Source: Hydrolagus colliei (lineage: Eukaryota). From it: a DNA stretch of 64,000 bases. Of this stretch, positions 1-12,757 are shown piece after piece. The translations under genes and the position numbers were made by a program. Position 1 is the first letter of the stretch, and each line of letters starts with the position of its first letter. The stretch lies in assembly GCA_035084275.1 (NCBI GenBank), contig CM068757.1:2232001-2296000 (forward strand), given 5' to 3'. The notes under the pieces are model-generated. The model was not told the DNA's origin and searched no databases. It saw only the letters and a program-made list of their open reading frames with translations.

Positions 1-221
1 TGTTTGCTCTCCCGTCCTCACGGCAATTTACTCTTTAATTGCTTTGCTTGAAGCTTCAACTCTGGGACACATAGGCACATGAAGCTAATTTAGAACTTCA
101 AAAGAGGCATACTGACCTTTTAACTTTCTCGTATGCTCAATCTCCCGTTCACTTGGATGAGGTTGCGATTGAATATTGATGCAAATACATAACATGCTCG
201 TGAGCAGTCCACATCACCAAG

Positions 222-577
222 CCAGTCAGGAACCTCGGTGTCTAGTTTGATCCTCAACTGTCTTTTCTCCCCCACATCCAGAGGATTCAATTCAAGATCC
301 TGGTCCTCACCTTTTAAAGCCCTCCATGGCCTCAACCCCACCCTACCTCTGTGACCTCCTAATCCCCCTACCAACCTGCCTGCCCTCTCCGCTCAGCAGG
401 ATCCGGCCTGCTCCATGTCCATCGACCCACCCGCCTCACCATTGACGGGTGAGCCTTCAGCCACTCCGCTCCCAACCTCTTGAACTCCATCCCGCGGTCA
501 TTCCCCCTCGCCCCTTCCCTGGCCTCCTTCAAATCTCTCCTCGAGTCTGAAGGACTGACTTTCCAGCACCTTGGGAC
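222..577 (+). mobile_element. L2 LINE 3' fragment (internally deleted); its 3' end is split by an antisense L2 insertion
   Basis: 222-278 reads PVRNLGV*FDPQLSFLPHI, a typical L2 ORF2 post-RT segment. It then jumps to QRIQFKILVLT..KALHGL-like sequence and a C-rich 3' region ending in CAGCACCTTGGGAC. Confidence 0.85.
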
Positions 578-1210
578 AACAACAACAACAACAAATTACA
601 TTTATAGAGCGCCTTTCACGTCGGGAGGACGTCCCAAGGCGCTGCACAGGAGGCGTGTGACCCGAGCTGGGAGGGGAGTGTTTGGGAAGGGGTGAAACAC
701 GAAGGGGAGGTCGAAGAGTTCGGGGTGGAACAAAAGGCACGATCGAAGAGGAAAGTCTTCAAACCGGCCTTGAAAGAGGAAAGGGAAGAAACGAGACGGA
801 TGGATTGAGGGATGGCATTCCATAGGGTGGGAGCGGAGAAACTGAAGGCCCGGCCTCTGATGGTGGGGCGGTTCGGGCGGGGGGCTTGGAGCAGGCCAAG
901 TCCTGCTGAACGGAGGGTCCGGGTGGGCTTGTAGGGGGAAAGTAGATTGGTTAATTAGGGCGGGGCAAGGCCGTGTAAGGCCTTGTAGGTGAGGACGAGG
1001 ATCTTGAACTCGATCCTCTGGAGGATGGGGAGCCAATGGAGACGGGCGAGGGTGGGGGTTATGTGATCGCGGAGGCGGGTGCGGGATAGTACACGGGCTG
1101 CAGAGTTTTGAATGACCTGCAGCCTGTGAATGGAGGAGCTGGGGAGGCCGACGAGGAGAAAGTTTCCATAGTCCAGCCTTGAGGTGATGTACGCATGCAC
1201 GAGTGTTTCC
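578..1210 (-). mobile_element. L2 LINE, 5'-truncated copy with 3' stem-loop and (GTT)n tail
   Basis: The minus strand encodes [84 protein letters not shown], the canonical L2 ORF2 C-terminus. It ends CAGCGCCTTGGGACGTCCTCCCGACGTGAAAGGCGCTCTATAAAATGTAATTT(GTT)n. Confidence 0.95.
955..1210 (-). pseudogene. Non-functional L2 ORF2 (reverse transcriptase C-terminal) fragment
   Basis: [15 protein letters not shown] and [14 protein letters not shown] motifs are present. The fragment is 5'-truncated and has a stop right after HGLAPP, where L2 ORF2 normally continues. Confidence 0.9.
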
Positions 1211-1262
1211 GACATCCTCGCGACGTGAAAGGCACTATACAAATATAAATTTGTTGTTGTTG
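1211..1262 (+). mobile_element. Remaining 3' tail of the + strand L2 at 222-577
   Basis: GACATCCTCGCGACGTGAAAGGCACTATACAAATATAAATTT(GTT)n completes the ...CCTTGGGAC left at 577. Confidence 0.85.
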
Positions 1263-3090
1263 TCCTGCGTTGATGATAAATGCAATTGCATTGGAATATA
1301 CTGGCCAATCGTACCTTCAGCTCTGAATGTGTTCAAATGCCAAAAAAAATTGCCTTAGCTGACTCTCCATGAGTTTGGCCTTCAGCGCTCCACTGGAGCT
1401 GGAAATGTATCACTTTCTGATTAGGCGTTTCAAACTTGCTCCAAGGCTGAACTTGTTGGGGAAGAAAAAAAACCCAAGATGGATTAACTTAGATCGCTGG
1501 TAATGGTAAAGCTGGGGTCTTTTACGTTGGAACAAACAAACAGTTGTATTTTACTACTGCTAAAGGCAATCAATCTCCGCGCTTGCCCATTTTGAAGCTG
1601 ACAACATTGGGTGAAGACTGCTGTTTTTTTGTCCTCTGGCTGTTGCTATCGGTGCAGATTACAAAGTTTGCTGTTTACCTCGATTAACACTGCGATCCGT
1701 GACTGCTGGGAGGACATTTCAAAACGATCTCGAGATAACTTTGCCGTTTACACACAGTCAAACCTGTCTACAACAACCTGTCGGGATTGTAGCCAAAGTG
1801 GCCTTTGAGAACAGATGGCCTCTGACCGAAGGTTTATGTGGAACGTTTGTTCGGGCTGCTGCGGATGGGTGTTTGGTGTACGGAGGTGGTTGCTTTAACA
1901 GGTTAGACAATATTGTCCAGCGTCCTTTGTTTTACTGCTGAAGTATTGCTGTGTCCTGTACCTATTTTCCACAAGTAATGTATCTCCTCTCAACTAGCTT
2001 CACTGTTTATATGCCAAGTAACACAGAAGAAGTAATACCACTGTCTTGGAAAGCAATTATAATTCACTCTGATATTTTACTGCTGACATTTGGTGCCAAA
2101 CATTCTGGAATATTAGAATTCTTTCCATTTTATTTTCCGAAAGTGATGGTGAGATTGCCGCTCTCAGGCAAGATGTCTAGTTATGTGGAGAATGCAAGGC
2201 AATTTTATTATTTGTGCGCAAGTTATATGCCAAATATTCTAGACTGAGAAATTGCAGTTGAGTGCAAGCTGTTCATGCTGATATTTAACCCCCACCCCCA
2301 CCATACAGCTACGTACTGTAATACTTTTAATGTATAGAATCGATTTTATATCAAAACATTTCCCAGTCCCTGCATAGTCTTTACCTGTTGAGTGGTGACT
2401 CACATCAAGGCTGCAGTGCAATTGGGTGTTGCGTCTTATCCCTTCGTAGCATTGCATTGATCCACCATGCCACAGTATTCTGCTCTGACAACAGACCTAA
2501 TTGAATTCCACAGAATCCTCTCATCATTTACATGTTTTATACAGGAGCATGGCTTCAGGAAACTTTCACCTTGTTACTTAGTATTGATTCCGACTGAACA
2601 ATATAAATGACTGTCTTTGTCACAATTCACCAGCATCTTTTGACCTGTGGGATTTTGTCTATTTCAAAAATTGTCAACGCTTCAATTGGAGTTTTAATAT
2701 CAGGCTCCCTTGAACTGTTTAAAATCCCTTTTATTTTATTTCCCCCATTCTTCTCCACGTCACTGATGAACAATTACTGTATTTTCGGGCTGTTTTAATT
2801 GCGAAAGGTGCAAAAATCTCTCTGGTCCACGTAATCCGAAGTATAACCAGATCTAATCCTTTCACTGATGAACCAGTGGTCGTCTGGTGGTTTCATTCAT
2901 GAGGTGGATAGGTAAATAATTCATCTATTCCATGACACGTACATGTTAAGTTGTAATTGACTATTCATGAATTTATTGTTCAGTTATATCTGAGATAAAT
3001 TTGTGGACAATCTTAATTGTAGTACTATATTTAAAGTCAGCACTCAGTCATTGCTGTAGTTTATTCCTACAGTTAAGTTGATTTTATAAA

Positions 3091-3174
3091 AATACTTGCA
3101 TTTGATACAGCGCCTTATCAGGTATTTGAGACGTCCCGAAGCGCATTGCAGAATAAACCGCAAAGTGAATTGAT
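3091..3174 (-). mobile_element. Deu-SINE 3' tail fragment
   Basis: Reverse complement matches the tail of the full copies at 18090 and 57309. Confidence 0.75.
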
Positions 3175-4739
3175 ATAGTGTTAGAATTAATAATCTGAGT
3201 GAACTAATAATCTTAGAATTTATATTAGTGTTCTGTGTGTTTGCTTCATAATACTGTGATTGGGATTAGCATCCAAGGGACTGTTTAATGACGAATAATG
3301 TAATGTAATCTTTATCCACTGCATCAGCGTCTCTAATTACAGTTTTCAGCAGTGTCAAGATGGAAAATATTGGTCAACTCCAGTGTCTGAAATGAATGAT
3401 GTACTGGAAACAAAAGCTAATTTTGTGTGGCTGCAATTTCCTGATGATGATTGGCTTTTATGGTGCACCCTAACAATGTTTTGAATAGTAGCACTTAGAT
3501 TTAGCTATACATGGTTAGCTGAATATGGAAAGAAAATTACACAAACATTGCCTACTCAAGATAATGTTTGATGTTAGCAGCCATTTGGCAGTTGGTTGAG
3601 TGTATGAAATTAATAAGAGGGAACCTAAGAATGTATGCTGCAGTATTTTAATAAAAAACAGAAAATGCTTGAAATCACAGCAAGTCAAATTGACCTGAAT
3701 TTCAGTTTGAGATGTTAACATTTTGGTTGAGGAGTCCTCGTTGGAACAGGTATGTTCTGTGTGCTTTAATGTACAAATACCTGTCACAGCAAATGACAAA
3801 TTAGGTGTTAAACTGCAAAAACCTGCCGACAAAATATGCGTTTCAAACCTTGTCCTAAACTGCAATATGAGAATGACCTATTTAAGATGATTTACATTGG
3901 TTAAGCTCCTTTGGGAATAGTTATAGGTGTATATTTTGTGTGGTCCAGTGGCAGTGATACATACGTAGCCTGAAGCAATAATCACTTAGGCAAATTGTAA
4001 CATGCATAAAAACAGTAATTCATAGATATTATATCGGACAAGCAAATAATTATATGTCATTATTTCTGATAAATCTTGGATAGCGAGCATCATGGCAAAA
4101 TGTGATTTTTATTTTTTTTAGTGTATTTTCAATGGCTTCTGTCCTTTTCTCATATAATGAGGATACACTTTACAGTATTTACCAATGTGTCACCTACATT
4201 CAACAGCCTTAATGGTATTGCCAGTGATAAAAGAAGATTGGCATCTCTGGTACGTATTCTCTCCGATAATCACTGATAAATGACAGCCAGCACTGATTCA
4301 GGCAGCATACCTTGTCTGAGCAATCCCACAGACTTATTAAAAAATAATGAACTGAGAATGTCCTTTTTCCTTTATTGATACTGCAGCGTCTGAACCTAAT
4401 AGATGAAATCTCTCTGCTGGGGATTGACGACTGTGTAACATTTCTGTCAATTAAAAAAGTCTGTCTTTTGAATGTTTTAAAATGCCTGTGGTGGCAGGCA
4501 GTGTGCGACACGGAAGTGCAGTGCCATCAACACTCGGTGCCACAATGATGTTGGAATCTAGATTCAATCTACCCAATACTTTTTTCTTTCTTGATCTCAG
4601 CCACATTTGCCGTGGGGAGGTGTCAACGGAGGTTGGAGATTGACTAAAGGTCTTTGAGCTTTGGCGTATTTGACTTGTCCACTGGCACTGCGGAGTAGTT
4701 TATCCATATTTCCTGTGATCTTAGTGACCAGAAGGTCAG

Positions 4740-4754
4740 TTGTGTGTGTGTGTG
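4740..4754. repeat. (TG)n microsatellite
   Basis: TGTGTGTGTGTGTG run. Confidence 0.85.
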
Positions 4755-4995
4755 AGATACATGCCTTTGCATTGGTTAAGCTCCTATAATACAGTAGTGT
4801 TGTCTGGATACATAATTAACAACCGATATGTATCGAATATTAGGTATAAACTTAAATTTTTTGCTACCTCCCCCAATATTTTCAGGTACTGGTCCATTTT
4901 CAGTGGAAAATAACTTTAATACTGTATTTTCAGTCCTTTCACCCATTCAGAGATTGTTTTGAAAAAAATGTTTTAATTAAGAATAACACATACAT

Positions 4996-5132
4996 CTGCC
5001 GCATTTTGCCCTCAAATATACAGTCAATTGACTTTACAGTATATTCTGTGAAGCGCTTTGAGACGTCTAGAAGACATGTAAAGCAATATATCAAATGCAA
5101 GGATTATTATTACTGTTATTATTATTATTATT
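4996..5132 (+). mobile_element. Deu-SINE 3' half with (ATT)n tail
   Basis: CTGCCGCATTTTGCCC..AAATATACAGTCAATT..GAAGCGCTTTGAGACGTCTAGAAGAC..TCAAATGCAAGGATTATT. Confidence 0.9.
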
Positions 5133-5602
5133 CTTATCTGGTTGGAAACAATGACCAGGAAATCATTTATTTCCAATAAAGTATTTCTACAAGAACTTTA
5201 AAAATAAAAATAAAATATTTAGCTGCCCTTTTTGTTTTGGCTGAGGCCTTCTGAGGTACACATTGCAGATCACAGATGCAGTGCATTGATCTGACGGAAG
5301 ATAAAATTAATCATCAAATGAAAGGCAGGAATTGAAAAGGCTTTGAACCGAGTGAATGGTATCTACAACGTCAGCTTCAATAACAGGGGAATCAAATGCT
5401 GGTGATCTGAATGCAGCAGGAATGAGATTTCAACCGGTTAAAGTTTTCACTTGAATTCTTTTGAGGATTTTCTTTTTGTTGGAAGCATTGTAAATAATTC
5501 TGCCATGAATCACAATTAATTAGTGCGCAGTCTCAGAGATGTAGGATTTTGTCCAAAAAGTTAGGGAAAAAAAGAGATGCTTCCAATATTTGTCTGAAGT
5601 AA

Positions 5603-5650
5603 TGAATTTCAGCCAATAGTTTTTGTCTGAATTTCAGCCAATAGTTTTTT
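5603..5650. repeat. Short tandem duplication
   Basis: TGAATTTCAGCCAATAGTTTTT occurs twice with a 25-bp period. Confidence 0.85.
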
Positions 5651-5898
5651 TTTGAATACAGACATACTTACATACATATAATATACGCACAAGCACAATG
5701 AAAGCTCTAATTTTCTGGTTTTGTGGCAGTTAGTATAACAATTTTCCGATTTTTAAAAAACAAAACAACCTCACCATGGTCACAATGTTCAGCACATGCG
5801 CTGCTTACAGTCGGACATACTTTTATGCTCTTTTGATAGAATTTGGTATTGAATATGCCAAATATGCAGTATAACATGTATGTATAATATTATAAGAA

Positions 5899-5985
5899 AT
5901 AATAATCCTTGCATTTTCTACAGAGACTTACCACGTCTTTGAGACGTCTCGAAGTGCTTCACAGGATTTACTGTCAAGTGAGTTC
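5899..5985 (-). mobile_element. Deu-SINE 3' tail fragment
   Basis: ATAATAATCCTTGCATTT..CACGTCTTTGAGACGTCTCGAAGTGCTTCACAG. Confidence 0.8.
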
Positions 5986-6702
5986 AGTAATATACCTCAG
6001 TGCTTGATTGGGAAATAACCAAGTCTTTTATGGGGGTGAACAGTATTTGATTCTTATTTAGGCTTGAATGCACGCCTCTTACAGTTCTCTCAAATTGAAC
6101 TGTCGGCTTTGTCGGGCTATTTTCACTGGGTTTTCACTTGTCCTTCTGAAGCGATATTTTTAAGTTCTGGACCTCCATTGTGTTTTGACCTGCTCTGAAC
6201 TCAACCTCACTCCAGCTGCGATCTCTCTTTCCTCTGGCACACACACTTTAAATGGAGATTTGCTAGTTCACGCCAGCTAGTTAAAATATCCTTCATCAGA
6301 GATACCGGCTACGTTTAACACTTTGAATTCAGGATGATCATGACATGTGTCACGTGTGGCTGGCTGGGTACCATTGTTAGTTCATGATTCTGCAGGCTGA
6401 ATGAAGGCTTGAGTTTTGTGTTGAATTTTATTTTGCGATTCACGCTCCCACCTTTTATCTTGGTGTGGACAGACTCTCTACAGTGCCGGGGCCTCGCCGA
6501 AAGTGGAAGTATTTATAAATGAGTTGTCGCTGCATATGGTGGTAATGTTTTGCATATTTTCATTAAACCCAATCCCCAAAGGATGTCTGTCCGTGTGTTA
6601 ATTGCTGTGTAATGCAGCTGCAGCTCTGACAGATACAAGCAGAATGCCCGTGGACTGATTTTGCAGCACTGTGACGTGCGGAGTCAAAACACAATGAATA
6701 AA

Positions 6703-6724
6703 AGAGAGAGAGAGAGAGAGAGAG
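6703..6724. repeat. (GA)n microsatellite
   Basis: Perfect AG dinucleotide run. Confidence 0.9.
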
Positions 6725-8086
6725 TTGCTCCAATTGCGTGGATCTGCTCATTCACTTGTCTCTCTTGCAGACAATAATAATTCAGGCTTTTTCCAGCTAG
6801 ACATATGCCTCCCATCCATTGGTGGTGTTTGGTTTTGCCGCTAGTTGTGAACAATTACAGTGCGCATGATTATTTTGAAGAATTTAAGAACCTGGCATTA
6901 CATTTGCTGTATTGGGTACTGAGGCTTTGCTGTCAATAACATACGGTTATTAATGCCCTCCCATCCTTTTTCTACATTATGATGACAGCTGCTCTTGTTA
7001 TTGTGAGACACAGCAGGTCATGAGAAGTGATTGCAACAGTAGGAGGAACGAACAGCAAAATCATTCGGGAAACACTTAAGACAATGGTCTAAGTACTGTT
7101 GGCTGTGACATTTACAGTACAAATAAACTTATGCAATAGTTCTTTCTGACCGCTCATATAACTGAACAAAAATTAGAACTACTTTGTAGCTCTGTTCCAA
7201 ATAATAATATGATAATATTAAGAATATTAATGACGATAATATTATTACAAATTGTTATAATATTGCATTTGATCACAGAAAACCGTAACCTCACATTAGC
7301 CTGACCCTAAAATGGACTTCACAACCACCCATTCCTAATGTACTGAGATAAATCTTGAGATGTTGACTGCTCAGCAGCCTGGCGGAAAGAAAAATAAATG
7401 GTTGTTTGCAAACCGTACACGGTGTGATCACTTAGAGTTTGCCATAACTGGTACCGCTAACCAAAGTGATAAAACGCACATGGCCTGCTTCGCTCCCACA
7501 GGGCTGTTAAGCATGAAATTATAGTAGTTTAATTTCCAAAGATTGCACTTGTCTAATGATTCATGTTGACTGTTTAAGTGTTCATTAAAAAGAAAGTAAT
7601 TGAGCTAAGAAGGCTGTGTGTTTTGTTTTTTAAAAAAGCCTTGCATAACTATTTTATTGAATCCTACTGTAACTTCACAGTCCGCAAATGAGACTGCAAC
7701 CTCATTAAATAGAGCAACGTTGTCGAGTAAACGAAAACTAGTAAAAATTGGTGACTGATTTAAAGTGGAACAGTGTGGTAAATAGCTGGTATCAGTTACG
7801 TTCCATGATAGTTTAGCAAATCATTTGCTTAAGCAGCCCCTATAAAGTTTGTTAATGTTCTGTTGCTCAATTTCATAAATGATCAGGCACAGTGGCATTT
7901 TCTTAACATCTTAGTATGCTCTTTTGAAGTTCCGCAGCTGCTCAAATCGTGCCCGTAAATCAGACTTGCCCCGAGTTTTAAGAGAATTACTCTTTTAGTC
8001 AATCATGAGATTCAGAGCATTGTGTTTACTGGGTTAGCTAAATTCCAGTGCCAAATGGGTGACCACTTTACAAGTATTAACAACTT

Positions 8087-8165
8087 ACAAATGACAAGCG
8101 TCTGCTACTGCTCTTTGCAAATTATTACAATTGAGACGGTGCAGTAGCAGAAGCTTGTCATTTGT
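8087..8165. repeat. Inverted repeat / hairpin (25-bp arms, 29-nt spacer)
   Basis: ACAAATGACAAGCGTCTGCTACTGC (8087-8111) versus GCAGTAGCAGAAGCTTGTCATTTGT (8141-8165): 24 of 25 positions complementary. Confidence 0.9.
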
Positions 8166-10656
8166 TGTGGTTTTCATGCTGTTTGACATTAATTGGCAAT
8201 ACAGACATAGTATTGGGGGGGAATTATTTTGATCAATGTTACCTGCTTTCCTTCAAACTGGTACAGCATGAGTTGACAGTGACAGCTGAAGTGAATCAGC
8301 AAGAGAAGCTAATTCTTTAACTAAAGCTAATTATTTCTCCAAGGACATATCCCATGGCATTGTGTGAGTGTGAAAGAGAGAACTTTACCTGGGAGGGCCT
8401 AATGCGAAGATTAGACATAAACAAATTTCATCTTTTAATCTCATCAATATTCCCCCTGAAAATGCAAGCTAACATTCAAATTCCCCAATTCTGTTTATAA
8501 AGTGACAAAAAAAAACCTCACATTAGCAGCTAACCTTCGCAATAGCTGAAATATATACAAGTCTCGACGTGACACTGTCAAGTCTTCAGTATTTTAATAA
8601 GGTGCACATTTTATTCAAAAATGGCTTAAATTCCATATGATGAATGGACTAAAATTCTGCTTTAATTAAATGATCCCAAGCGTTCAGCTGAAATTAAATA
8701 TGGAAAATGTGATCTTGAATACAAAAAGGAGCAATTTGCATTGACTGCTCTGTGGGGATCACTGCATCCTGCAATAATTACGTCACTATTTTCATAACCT
8801 GTGTTTGTATGAAACTGAATTGGAAAAAAATCCATCTCTGTTTGGAGCTGGTGGAATTTGGAGCTGGTGAAAATTCACTCATGATATTCTGTTTATGCTG
8901 AAGTACTCAATGTTTTAAAGTATTTTGTAGGTTAAAGGAATTTTTGCTATTTATACTGGAAAATGCTGAAGCTGCCTCTTTGTGACGTTTCTGTTCCATT
9001 CACCCACCAAGATCCCAGCTACAAACCCTGGCAACGTTGATAGCAGTGTGTTAGCCTCAGTGTGCCCCTAACAAGCGATTGGGTGGGGGTTGGGAAGGAA
9101 GGGTTCTTACTATACCGAAAGCAATGATTATTTATAATAAATCTTATTGATTCAAAATGTGTTTACTTTCGAATAAAAGTCCTATCCTGTGTGGACTCTC
9201 ATTGGTTTGGGGGTGAAATTAGTTCCATTGAAAATAGAATTCCAAAAAGATATCACCCACCCCTAAAACTTGCCTGTGAGTTTCTCTACCATTGTGAATG
9301 GGCTGGAGTGGGGGGTGGAGTGTGGGGGAGACAGGATTATTTTGAATAGAAAATCAATTGTTTTTCATCCCCTCAAGCAATCCTCTGTACCATGCTGAAA
9401 GAAACCATCCTGCGAATAATTAGCATGCAATATCATTGACGATTTCACAGTCCCAGATGAGAGAGAAGTCTCCCTTTCTCTCTTTTCCCCGACACACACA
9501 ATGCTGTTTCACAAGGCCATTCATGTCCCCTGTGTCTCTTTCTGTTTTGTTCTTGCTCTCCGTGCATGCATTTCACAGGCTTTCAAATGGAAGATTTTAT
9601 TTGGAAAGGAGGAGGAATTTTGTCTGCTTGACCCTAGCCTTGGATGTGATGGACAGACGTCAGTGAAAAATGTATGGCTGCTTTGTATAAAATAAAGATG
9701 TAGATAAGTAAATGTGCATAAAATGAAAGGGTTCCATAGGCAGAGGTGGCAAAGGAAATGGAATTGGGGATAATTATTAATTGTTCAGTGATGGCCTTCA
9801 GATGATAAGAAGCTGCTGTGACCAAAATACAGTACAAACACGACTTTGCATCTTCAGACATTTGATCATAAGATCATAAGTTATATGACTTACTGATGTG
9901 GCCACCTTTGAAATACACTTTCAGTGCAGTTCGGGGCATGCTAGCCTCATATATGCACACTAATTAAAGTTCTTAAAGTGTTTACTTTTTTGTTACTTCT
10001 ATTGAACTGCAGATAAGTGAGATAGATATTGATCAATGTTGAATAAAATGCATTGAAAATATATATTTATGAAATGCATTTTGGATGCTGTATTTGTGCA
10101 CGAGCTAGAGATGTTTCATCAGAATCATAGATTACTATTGTCACAGGAGTGCGTATAGTTAACAGTGGTATTGCCATAGAAACCGATCATGACAGCTGTT
10201 ATTACTTGCTCCCTGGAGTTGTGGTATATGATAATGGTGGTCAAAGGGGGACTAGAGATGGGGGGATGGGTAAGCAATAAAGAATTGATAGCATATCAGC
10301 AGCTAAACCATGACAATCTTTGTGTTGAAATTAATTACAATAGCATATTTCCTTGTGTATGAGGGAAAAATTTTATTACTCAACGTAAGGATGATAATTT
10401 TTTGTGTCACGCCGTTGGTTTTATTTCTCTCAAAGCAAGCAGTGTCGTTTATAGATTTCATGATTAATTTAATCAAATTTAAAATTGGAATTTCATGGGA
10501 GTAGAAATGAATATTTTAACCTTACCTGCCCTTATAAATCACATCTTAATTAAAGCATGTGAATTCTAGACCTAATCCTTTGTTTCTCTGGGGTTTGAAC
10601 ATGTTCTCTGTCCATTCTCATCTATAAAGCAGCATTTGTCAATTTTGTTCTTTATT

Positions 10657-10757
10657 AATACTAATAATAATACTTACATTTTATGAAGCGCCTTATCACA
10701 ACTTTGAGACACATCAAAGCAGTTTATAGAATATACTGCAAAGTGAATTGACTGTAT
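10657..10757 (-). mobile_element. Deu-SINE 3' tail fragment
   Basis: AATAATAATACTTACATTT..GCGCCTTATCAC..AGAATATACTGCAAAGTGAATTGACTGTAT. Confidence 0.8.
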
Positions 10758-12479
10758 CTTACATTGCCTGTGGGCTCAGTACTTTAATCCATAGTGTACA
10801 GTATTCAGTTATCTGTAACTTCCACAAATACATTTTCTTGTTTGCTGCACACGTCCGTCCCTCATGAACCAGTATGATTTAAGAGACTGGCAAGTGATTC
10901 CGCTCTCATGAATCTCAACCTCTTTGAGCCAGCCAGTCAAACTGAAGGTATTTCTCATTACCAGTACAAGTGCCTTCAGTGACTCAATCTCATGTGGTCC
11001 TGCCCAGAGCAGCCCAAAAGAGCCTCAGCTTTTGTTTCCTACACCTACGTTTCAAATGCTGGTACTAAAATATGGCATATTCAATATATTCCCAATGGTG
11101 CCCACCATTCGTATGAAGGAGGTCAGCATCTGTTGTTACCTAAATAATTCCAATTAGCGACGGCTTTAAGTGTCAATTCACAAGGTGTCCAGGACTTGTT
11201 TTGTGCATTTGTCGACTTTGACCTTGTGCGCCACAATTGGTACGTACGTGTGCTAGGCACAGCCTCTGTGATCTTCCTGCAGTAACGATAACAATGATGG
11301 AAGTAGCTGCAGTTGCATCTGGATGGCAATTGTTGGGATGTCAAGGAGCAATGGAGAAACTAGCTATTCTGTGTCATAGGGTATTGATTGGCTGGTAGCG
11401 TTTGACTGAAAAGCTCGACATTTTCTGGAACTGCGACAGAACGTATCTACAGTATGTCACAAGATTTTGTCTGTCATGTTGGGAATTTTGCCTGGCAGGT
11501 GTTGATTGCTGCCCTTGATCTGGCTGTCAGCAGACTGAATGACATTGTTCAGTTCTGCCTAAACGTATATCAGCAATGATTGCAATCTCCAGCCTTGGCT
11601 GCAGAGTCGATAACTTGTTCAATACAGCAAACTGCAAGAGAAGAATGCAGTTCTGATTCTACACTGCTGCATACACGTGGCGCAAAAGAGTTCCTTAACG
11701 CATAATAACATACATAAATAGGACACCTGATTTTTTTGCTGTATCATGTTATAGTGCCAGGCTGAAGCTACCAAGCAAATTAAGAGTGGAACCACTTGCT
11801 GTTAAGATGGCTTGTTTGCTCCTTGCTTTTCTAATTTCTTTGTCACTCGCTGGGTTAGGAGAATTTGAAATTAGTCTTAATGTAATGAAGGCTACCGCTT
11901 GCAGGTCTTGCTTTGTCCAAAGAATGAAATACTAACTGATAATAGTAATTTACTGTGTAATTAAGTTACCATGAAATGACAACCGGTTTGAAAGAAAGTC
12001 TATTGTAACCTCGATAAAGCTGCTATAATTCAAATGGCAATGCCAAATCTTATCTGGAATTAAGTTCTAACCAGTTTATGTGATTTAATTTTTTTTTGCC
12101 CTCAGGACCACTAGACAATGTAATTATATGCTTACAGTACAATGCATATTTCTACAGTGGTAGTAGATTGACAGCCTCCAAATGGTTTGCAGAACTTTCT
12201 GAGAAACAATGTTAATGGCTCAAGGCAGTTTTTTTTTCAATCATGCGTGTGTTGAAACTGTGTGTGTATAATACATATAGAATGTATATTATTATAACTA
12301 TGTGTATATATTACATATATATATACACACACACCACAGAGAATTGTGTAGTACAGTATATGTTTACTTTTATATAACACTGTGTTACTTCCAGAAAATG
12401 GTTATTTAGACATTTAGGTTATGAGAACAAAAGTCTGTTTACAAAGCATGTGCAGAACTAGAATATATGTGTTATGGGC

Positions 12480-12757
12480 GAATATACAGTCAATTCTCTT
12501 CACAGTATATTCTGTGAAGTGCTTTGAGATATGTCAACGGTGTGATAAGTTGCTGTATAATAATAATAATCCTTGCATTTGATATAGTGCTTTTCACATC
12601 TTATCAACGTCTCAAAGCGCTTCACAGAATATACTGTAAAGTGAATATTTGTGGGCGAAACGTGGCAGCCAATTGCACACAAACAGTCCAACAAACAGTC
12701 GTGGATTGAAATGACCAATTTTTATTATTGCGGTTTATATCAAATGCAAGAATTATT
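12480..12757. mobile_element. + strand Deu-SINE tail (12480-12557, 12736-12757) interrupted by a - strand Deu-SINE 3' half (~12558-12728)
   Basis: The + tail stops at ..GCTGTATA and resumes as TATATCAAATGCAAGAATTATT after an antisense copy containing GCAGCCAATTGCACAC. Confidence 0.85.

Noticed and set aside
2865-2900. CTGATGA followed by the ACCAG/CTGGT hairpin as a hammerhead
   Set aside because: No GAAA follows stem II.
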